Source: Octopus vulgaris (taxonomy: Eukaryota). From it: a DNA stretch of 64,000 nucleotides. Below are positions 55,101 through 64,000 of the stretch, one piece after another. The stretch is from assembly GCA_951406725.2 (NCBI GenBank), contig OX597823.1, positions 38,998,001 through 39,062,000 of the forward strand, written 5' to 3'. Numbering within the stretch: position 1 is the stretch's first letter; each line of letters begins with the position of its first letter. Made by a program: the position numbers and the translations under genes. The notes under the pieces were generated by a model. That model did no database searches. It worked only from the letters and a program-made list of their open reading frames with translations, and was not told the DNA's origin.

Positions 55101-57049
55101 ATTTATAGACCCATTTTAGTAGTTTGATACTCTTTTTTAAGACCGTGAGCAATATAGGCCCCAAATCCTCACCATCATGTGGACTTCATTGTTTAGCCCA
55201 AGATCAAGCCTGGTTGGACAAATTTGTGATCAGACATTCCATTTGTTCCATTGTTCAGTGTGGCTTTAGATATGGCTTCTATTGTCAGCAAGTCAAGCAA
55301 CTGAAAAATCTCCATTGATTTTGGTTTTACTGCTGCATTTTAATGTCTGTTTGTCAGAACTATCTTTCTTAGTCCTTAATTGAAATGTAAGTGAAAAGTT
55401 GTTGCATATATGGCACTTTGTAAGCATAAGTAAAACTGGAAGTTGAAAGCTGCTCTTTAATTCACTAGCAACTTCCTATCATACTATGGTACTTAACATA
55501 CTTGCCTACCAATAGTTCTTTTGACTGAGTAGCTGGCCAATTTTAGGGGGGAAAAAATACAGTTGGATGAATCAACTCTTTTTATTGGGGGTTAATCAAC
55601 ATGATAGGAAGAGCAGAAGTGAGGTGTAATTTAAATTCACGAGATACAAGGTGCAACAAAAACACCTCCAGATTCACTAGTCATGATAAGCATTTCAACA
55701 ACAAAAACACTATGTACCAGTCCAAATTGTGGTGCATACTGGGGGGTGGGGGGCTCAAAACATGTGCTACATGAAAATACTGTTATCATCCGGCTTACTT
55801 CACTAGTGCCTCATCAATAGCTGTGTAAAATATTGGATGTTTTTCTGTTGCATTCTCTATTTTAAAACCTGTGGAGTATTGGGCTGGGCTACAGTTTCGT
55901 CAGCTCAAAATAATGTCAATGATATTAGCCCTGCCCTTTTACTGAATGACTATACTCTCCAGTTATTGTTTTTCTATTTCCTAAGTGGAGCAAGCAATTT
56001 ACCAGCAGCAATGACCTCATCCAATTTTAGTGATTTCCTCTCTCTGGCTGTTAATTATGTTGTCGACTACAAATAACTTCATTGACATAATGGCAATCCT
56101 ACTTCACTTCCACTGTGGTTGTGAAGGAAATATGGAATTGTGAGTTGAAAGATTTTGAGCAACTGAGATTATCCTTGCAGTTAGTAAGCAAAAACTGTTT
56201 TAAAATCTAAAAAGCAAGGGGATAACTACAGGATGGTCAGTTGATTAAAATTGTTGGTCCCTACGATCTATTGTCTACAATACAGTATGTAGGGATCTGG
56301 CCTCTGAAGATAACTGAAAGCAGTGGACAAGGTTTCAATCTTTAATCAGATATACTCCAATCTGAATTCAATTGATTTTATCGCCCAGAGGGAGTTTTTC
56401 GGCCTACTATATTTTACATATGAGACCCTGTTGTATTTCTATTAAATATACAGAATCTTTTGGGATATTTTTCCCCTTCAATCATTGATAACTATCGGCA
56501 GTCAATACTAGAATGATGGGAAGTTGATTTTTGCTCTTCAAATTTCAGTGTGTGTGTGTGAAGCACTAGATGTATTGTATATTGAAAGGTGTATGCATAT
56601 CTGTATATTTGTGCAGTGACCGATTGTAATTTATTGAATTCATTATTGACTTTATCTGTTTCATTTCATGTATATGTTCACATCAATAATCTTAACTGGT
56701 TCAATCATGTATTTATTTCATAGAAATTCAAATCACACACACACACACACACACACGTCTGTATCACATTGTCTTCATAGCTGAAAGTAGGGAAGAGTAC
56801 ATTTTTGTCGCAGTTGATAATTGACCTTCATACAAATATATTGATTTTAACAGTAATTCATTTTCATGCTTTTGGTTATCTCTGCACATCACCATCATTG
56901 ATAAAAAAATTTATAAGTTCTAACTTTTTTTTTTTCAGTAAATGAAGAAATCGATATACTGCTCTTGTATCTTGTTAATTAGTGGGTCAGACATTAAAGT
57001 TCATTAGTTCTTCAGTTTGTTTTCGTCAACAAAATAGAAACAGAAATAG

Positions 57050-58850
57050 TTGCAATATCCAGTCTGGCTAATCTAAAATATTGTGTTTGAGGAATATTTA
57101 TAGAGGAACAACTGTCATATTCTGTTCTACTTTGCTTTGTCTGCCTCCTCTGTGGCCACTGCTAATGTTGGTGGACATAGTGCAATATGTTCCTAATTGG
57201 CACATTGTTGCACTCTATATGACTGATTTATTGCTGCAGCATGCAGTTTCTCAGATGGATATAGTGTAATTAGGGAGATGGGGCCACAGGACTGTTAAAT
57301 CAGTTGTCATTGGTTTCTTTAATTTTTTTCAACCAAATCAATAAAATTGATGCTGGAATATTGCCTTTTATTGATTTGGCTTATGTTGTTACTTACCTAA
57401 TATTGATTGTTGTCAGTTAGATATGCATGTGTTATGACTGCTGTTTTCTGCCTTCATATGATGTAATCTGTAATGGTGGATGGTGGATGAACCAAATGTT
57501 GACTGTTATAAACTAGTTCCTTTGGATGTTTTAAGAATTATGCATCCCCAGATAAACCCTGATCCCGCAGTCTTCTAGCCTGCAAGTCATCAGCCATACA
57601 ATCACTCTGGTCATGTCTCTGTCTATAGTCCATATTTTGACTGTGACAATCTGGACATATTTACACACTACTGTCCAGCCATATTATTACATTCGCAAAG
57701 ATTCTGATGTCACATCTTTGTCCAATGTTCAAGACCAGTGAGGCTGCTGATGTTGCAACTGTTTTTTGCGTCTGTATTTTTCTTTTATAAATGTTGAAGC
57801 TGAATAGCAGAGATAGTGGTTTTAGAATGTCATTGTAGTACTAAGTTTATGTTGTGTGTGTGACTTGGTGTTTGGAAGTGGATTTCCATGTAATAACAGG
57901 GACTGTAAGTAGTGAAACTTGCTGTAGCAAGAAACTGCACCTTTTCAATGTCTTTTAAAGATTGTGGTCTATATAAAACTTTGTTTATTGCACTATTTGG
58001 ATTGTTAGTGTTGTAGTTAGTTGTGGAAAGATTGGGTTCTGACCAAGATTCATAAATGTCATGACAGATCCAATATATTATTTCTACACTTAATTTTCCT
58101 TTCTTCAAATGTGTTGACAGGGATTGTATGTTCATACAAAGATTGAATTTTTGTTGGTTGTGGTATTGTTGTATAAGTGGTTTGTGTATTGTTTGATGTG
58201 ATGGTTGGTCATAGTTGTTCACTTTGTGTTGTTTTGGACCCAAGTTTTGAGGTAATTTATATAGGGTTAGAATAGTTGTACAGCTGAGTTTGTAGAATGG
58301 TTTAGTGCCATTCTCTGTAGATAAGGCTGTCTATTTTGTGGTGTGGAAAAGTCGTGTGGTTACAGGCTGAAAAAATGGATGGGTGAACAAATCTCTGTGG
58401 AATTTTCATCCTGGGGAAATTGCAAGTTCTAGAAGCATTATTCATTATATAAGCTTGGCAGCCTGATAGTTTACTAGCCATGTGGTCTTTTTTTATAGAT
58501 AGTGAGGAATTGAAAGCTTGGCTGGTGTTGGTAGTTGTTAGAATGATTCATCTAACACCATCTTGTACCTTCTGTGTTAGGTTTGTGGGTAAATGAATTG
58601 GTTGGTAATGGTCTGAATCCTTATTGGGATTTGAAGGGAATGCATGGGTTAACTATATTAAGGATTAGCTATTCTAGAATTTTCCAGAGTCTGCATATGA
58701 GGGTGACGAACCTGAATACTATTCACTCAATTGATTGGTTGGCTTTAAAATTTTGTCCAGCTTCCAGATTTTGCGAATTTCACCAGTTCAACTACTACAT
58801 TGGTAGTGTGTGTGTGTTTAATGGTTAAATATACAGTACAGCTGGTATTT
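57050..58850 (-). mobile_element. Old LINE relic including an APE endonuclease-like segment
   Basis: ORF 57830-58243 (-) has NIQSL, ESW and LYRP motifs in endonuclease order; the minus strand is A/C-rich. Confidence 0.5.
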
Positions 58851-61800
58851 TCATATAGTGAACCCGCAGTGTCAAATCGTTTATTAAATTAAATTTCCTG
58901 TAGATAAAAGAAAAATCGTCCTACAATGGTTTGTATGTTGGTGCTTGCTACATACTGTAGGTAAGCTCTGATCGAGCAAGTCTGTAACCCTAGGCCGTGT
59001 TCATCCTATCTTTATAGACGAACGTGAAATAACATTATCTAATGTGTTCCTTTATAATGGTCGAGTGATTCATGGTGAAATTCAGCTGCTATTTCTAGCA
59101 GCCACGTGGAGGCTTCTTCCGTTGGTCCGTTGTATTCTGGCTGGTTTGTGTGGCGAATGAAATTGACAGACCAGCCACATTACAACTCAACAGAAGAAAT
59201 ATTATAGTTTACCTAGCTAATATAATTCATACCAGTGACACACCGATGTGTGCCTGCCTCCTTCATCTTGTTAGAACTGGTTGGTTGTACATTCTTTTTA
59301 GCGTAGTAGCACAGTATCTTGGTCTGAAAGTGATAACTTTTACACAGAAAATATTAGAGGAGGAGAAATGGAGTTGTTTACTACCTCTATGCGTATGTGA
59401 GTGTGTTAGACTGTAATCTGAATAATCAATTATGGCTGGCGGCGGTGGTAATGGAAGTACTATGTTAGACATACAACACACATACCGGTTTACCGCACTG
59501 CTGTGTGAATGAGTGGCACCCTCATATTAAATATATATATAGAGAGGTAGTGTCTGTTCGTTACAAGCTGGCGGGAATAATAGACGCAATGTATGTTAAA
59601 CATACAATTTTTAAAAGTATTTTTTATTGCTTATGCATAATTATCAATTTTTTTTTCCTCCCTGCTTTTGTTTCTGTAAAAGTGGGAATAAACGTCGAAT
59701 CTGACTATTTCTCTTTATAATTGGCTTCTTGAATAATACTTCACTTATTTCTTATAGTTGACTTCTACTGCAGGAGAGAGATGTAAGGGCGGGGGCAGAT
59801 ATTTTAGCTACAATTAACCTTGTATACTCTTAGCCTGGTTGCTAACTATTGTACATTTATGGCAACTTTCGGGGTTCTCATGGGTCCTTGATATATGTGA
59901 ATCTGATACTGGCAGAGATTGGTTAGTTGGTTTTCCCCTTTTTTTCTTTCTCCTTTCATCCCTTTCTGCTCACTTTTCTCCCTTTTATTCTTTGTCTGAC
60001 TCCCCTATTTTTCTCTTATTTCTATTCTCTTTCCTACTTCCCTCTTTTTTCTCCCTTTCTTTCCTACTCCTTCCCCTATTACCCTTCCCGTTTTTTTTAT
60101 ACGTTTTGGTTTGCGTCTAATGGAGCCGAATTGGGTAGTTAATTATGTGCTCGGTACATATGTGTATGTACGTTAATTTTGACTATAAAATATATATATA
60201 TAGCTGGGATTTGCTAGATCCTTGAACCCCCCCACCTACATATATTTATAATTTTTGTGCAACTTTACCATTTACATCTATGTACATATACAGACATGCA
60301 ACTAGGCTCAGAAATTGCCAGATTTAGTTGGCATGACGATGTATGTCTGCATTTAAAGGACTGTTTTATTTTCGACTTGTATCTCTTTTAGAAATATATA
60401 ACTGACTTTTTATTTTCTTTTTTTTTTTTTTTTTTCAAAATCTTTTATTGCTAAAGTTTTCCATTCTTAAATAGTCTCTGAAAATATAACTGAATTCTGT
60501 TTTGAGTAACTCTACTTTGGTAATGACTTTAGTCTTACACCAACATACTCCTGGTCGAGCAGACATTTGATCAAAGGTTTCTTCTAATGGTGGCCATCTC
60601 ATTTTAATTAAAAACAGTCTGTCTGGGCCTCAATTATCAAATGTGGCTTGTTTGAAGTCCGTGTAAAATTTGAGGGAAATTTCACTTATTTCTAAAATGT
60701 TGAGAGTGACTAATTGGAGTGACGCATAGTAAACTTTAGAGAAAAAAAATCTCCCTGCTCTATCATGTTATAGAAAACAAAAATTATACTTTTACCTAAA
60801 TCTAAAATATAGGTATGGGCACAGGTATGGCTGTCGGGTTGAGAAGTTTTTCTCAACTACATTTTTTCAGATTTACTCCACTGCATAGCATCATGGACAA
60901 GTGTTTCCTACTATAGCTCCAAACCCCTGCGAGTGACTTTGATAGACAAACTAAAACAGCCGGTAGTATATATTTGTGTATGCATGCGTGTTTGTTTACA
61001 ACTATCATCTGAAAACAAGGAGACAGTGACACGATCACCATCATACATGCAGTGTTGTTGGTTCCCAGTTTTTTGTGGTAATGTCTAACCATAGGAAGAT
61101 ATTACCTTACTTGGAAAGAAGTGTTGGTGACAGGAAGGGCATCTGGTCTTAGAAAATTTGTTTCTATTAATTTTGTTCAACTTGTGCAAGCTTAGAAAAT
61201 GGGTGTTGAAAAACAATGCTAAATATCTGTAACACTCCAGCAGTTAAAGGTTAGAAAAGATTTGTTGACTTAGGAAGTACCTCATTGTTATATCAGCTAA
61301 TTCAGCTAAAGGGGACCTATGAGGGCAAGGCTACGGTATGATCTTCAGTAGGTCTGTTATGTTATCAAATGATAACATACTTAATTAAAATTCTCACTGC
61401 ATTCAGTGCTTTGTCCTCAGGTTGGTGCTAACAATGAGCCAAGATGTTAGAATTGCATCTGTAATCTTATGAAGAGGAAAAAGAATGGATTAATGGTCAA
61501 TTCTGGTTAAGAAAAGTAGGGGAGATTATTCCTTAGTTTAGGCATGACAAGTATCCCATCTACAGGTGCAATAATTTAGTTGTACCCTGTGGACTTACCC
61601 TGGCTATCTTCATGACCAAGTCATGTCTATTTTAAATTGATTTTAGAGTAAGAAGATAGAATTGTTAGAGCATCAGATATTGTGCTTCACAGTATCTGTT
61701 CTGGCCCTTTACATGCTGAACTCAAATACCATTGAGGTTAATTTCAGTTTCCATCATTCTGGTATTCAAAATAGAATATATTATTGACTTGCTCCTTATC

Positions 61801-61913
61801 TTCAAAATTGCTGGCCTTATGCCTAAATTAGAAAGCTTTTTTAAAAATTTGTATTGAAGCTTTGATTGATGGTGTTTGTATTAATGTAAACTTATTTGTT
61901 AGTTCTAAGTGTG

Positions 61914-61947
<34 letters not shown>

Positions 61948-63589
61948 CTATCTGATGAGAAAAGGCAGAAGGAAGAAAACTAACACCCATCTGAGCTATC
62001 AATCTACCCCTTCCTGACATTCTTGTTTTTAATTTATCTTGTTCAAGAGAGGCAAACTGCAGTATGTTTCACTAAGGGAGTTACTTTTGTGATGTAGCTC
62101 CCTTAACTAAAGGGAACATTTTTTTCCTCTTATCTAAAAGCCATTAAAAATTCTTGTCTGGAATTTTGGGTGGATTTGGAACAAAGATTCTTGAATGAGT
62201 AGATTTCCTTTGATTCCCCAAATACCATTATAGCTTTATCAGTCTTTAACACCTGGACCAACTTCAAAATTCCTTATTTAAATTCATTGGCATTTTGCCA
62301 AGTCATAACTTTTTATGAATTCTGTCAAAGGAATCTGGTAAGAAAATATGGTTTTCAAGGAGTGATAAGATTAGGGAAGTATTTATATTTTAAAGGTTTA
62401 CTCAAACGTCTATGTAACAGCATACCTGCTGTTCCTATCTAATTATTCAAATTAACTAATGCTCTGCAATGTAAATATCTGATATATTATTGATAAAGAT
62501 AAAAATATTTAAAGTCAACATGCACACAAATTTAACTTTTGATATTGTAGACCCTTTTAAATTTGCTTTGGTTATTTTATATTTTCAATTTCATCTCTTT
62601 TTCAATAATATCGGTAATATTTTCTTTATAATTCCTCATGTAGTTGTAATTAAAATGTAATTTAAAGAAGAAAAATCATTGATTAGGAATGGAAAGTCGC
62701 AACTGCAAAGATTACTTTCTGTAAATTTTTCTCTGAGTGCAACAAACATTTCATGTTCCCTCTCTGGTAGAGAGGAAGGGAATATACTACTTATATTATA
62801 CTGTAAACCAGTCATGTGAATACTTGGGTTAAAATCTGTAGCTTTTCAAGTTTGCTCTTTGGCAAAATCTTTCCTGCAGCTCTCAAAACTATGTGCAAAG
62901 GTCTTGGCATCAATTTCTTTTAGTCATACAGCTTTGTTTCTGTTTATTCCCAGAAGCAGATAACAAAAACACCCTCAGTTCATGAAAGCTTGTTTTGATA
63001 AATTCTTTGAAGCAGTTCCAGACACTGCTTTCATCTGGACATGTTTCCACAAGTACTCTCATACTTGAACTGGCAACTGTGATTTAAGAATACAAGGCTC
63101 TGCAATTACGTTTGGTGTAGCATGATCCTCCAATGATCAAATTTTGAGGGTTTTGTATGAAGTTTTCTAATAGCAGTCTCATTTGATTTTTGGTGTAAAC
63201 TGGCAGAAAATTACATTAAATCATGTTGGTTTCAAAGAATTTTTTTGCTGTTTGCATTTGTTCTACTTTATGCTTTAATCCCAATTTAATGTACAAAAGT
63301 AACACTTTAACTACTTAGGTACTATCATTGAAAAACCAAATTCATTTAGTTTAATGAGAATTGCGTTACTACCAAACAACTTTAAGTTCAGTGAAGGTCT
63401 CTTTTTTGATACTGACCTCTATGAAACCATCCTTGGTTCTACATAAATTTTGTTTAGTGTTCTAAATTAAAACCTTTCAACATTTCCTGTTAACTTCAAT
63501 TTCTTATTGAAACCTTAATACAAATTGTCATTCACTCAAGCAACTTCTCAGCACGTGAACAGTGTGTACAATAAGATTATTACTATTAT

Positions 63590-63990
63590 GGTAGCAAGCT
63601 AGTTGAATCATTACCACCTCAGACAAAATGCTTTGCAGTATTTCTTCCATTCTGAGTTCAAATGCTACTGAGGTCAACTTTACTTCTTTATCCTTTTGTG
63701 GTCAAAATACCAGTGGTGATACCACTGGTGTCAGTATAATCAGCTCCCTAAGTTTTCTGGCCTCAAGCAAGAACTTAGAACCATTATTAAGGGCAATGCA
63801 CTAACAAAATCATTAACACATTGAACGAAATTCTTAGTGGCATCTCTTTCAGCTCTTTTCTTCTGAGTTCAAATCCTAACAGTCACCGTTCATCCTTTCA
63901 TAGTCAAAGCATATTTAAGTACTGGGATTGTTGTAATCAACTAGTCTTCTCCAAAATTGCTGTCCTTATGCCAAAAATTTGAAGCCAATA
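63590..63990 (+). mobile_element. Two tandem degenerate copies of a second SINE-like family (others ~61660-61835+, 35810-36180-)
   Basis: Recurring CTGAGTTCAAAT...GAGGTCAACTTT...TCATCCTTT...AAATTGCTGGCCTT motif. Confidence 0.5.
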
Positions 63991-64000
63991 TTATTTTATG

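Noticed and set aside
56303-56322. CTGAAGA...GAAA hammerhead-like spacing (also lone CTGATGA at ~7983, ~30733, ~45393, ~61953)
   Set aside because: No stem II/III or stem I pairing; chance matches.
59839-60142. F/L/S/P-rich ORFs resembling membrane proteins
   Set aside because: Products of a polypyrimidine low-complexity tract.

Overview
AT-rich eukaryotic genomic DNA. The SINE/MITE families and the large (TA/CA)n expansions look like octopus (coleoid cephalopod); this host call is recognised, not proven. Most listed ORFs are microsatellite artefacts. The one clear host coding exon is 26425-26533 (+), the first coding exon of a MAP1/futsch-like microtubule-associated protein. It sits in a CpG-retaining, CCAAT-rich promoter and is followed by an apparent intron of >37 kb. 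The rest is transposon debris: Tigger/pogo, Helitron helicase, DD37D-type Tc1/mariner, CR1-like and RTE LINEs, piggyBac and hAT MITEs, and tRNA-derived SINEs. The most notable signal is a cluster of minimal type I hammerhead ribozyme (HHR) motifs inside (TA)n tracts at 14.6-19.9 kb, plus one more element at 49.1-49.5 kb. It includes a tandem repeat with a 357-nt cleavage-to-cleavage unit (retrozyme / Penelope pLTR-like) and long fold-back elements, one carrying an apparently intact HHR. The futsch-like gene also has an in-frame upstream ATG separated from the main ORF by a single UAG, a candidate editing or readthrough switch.
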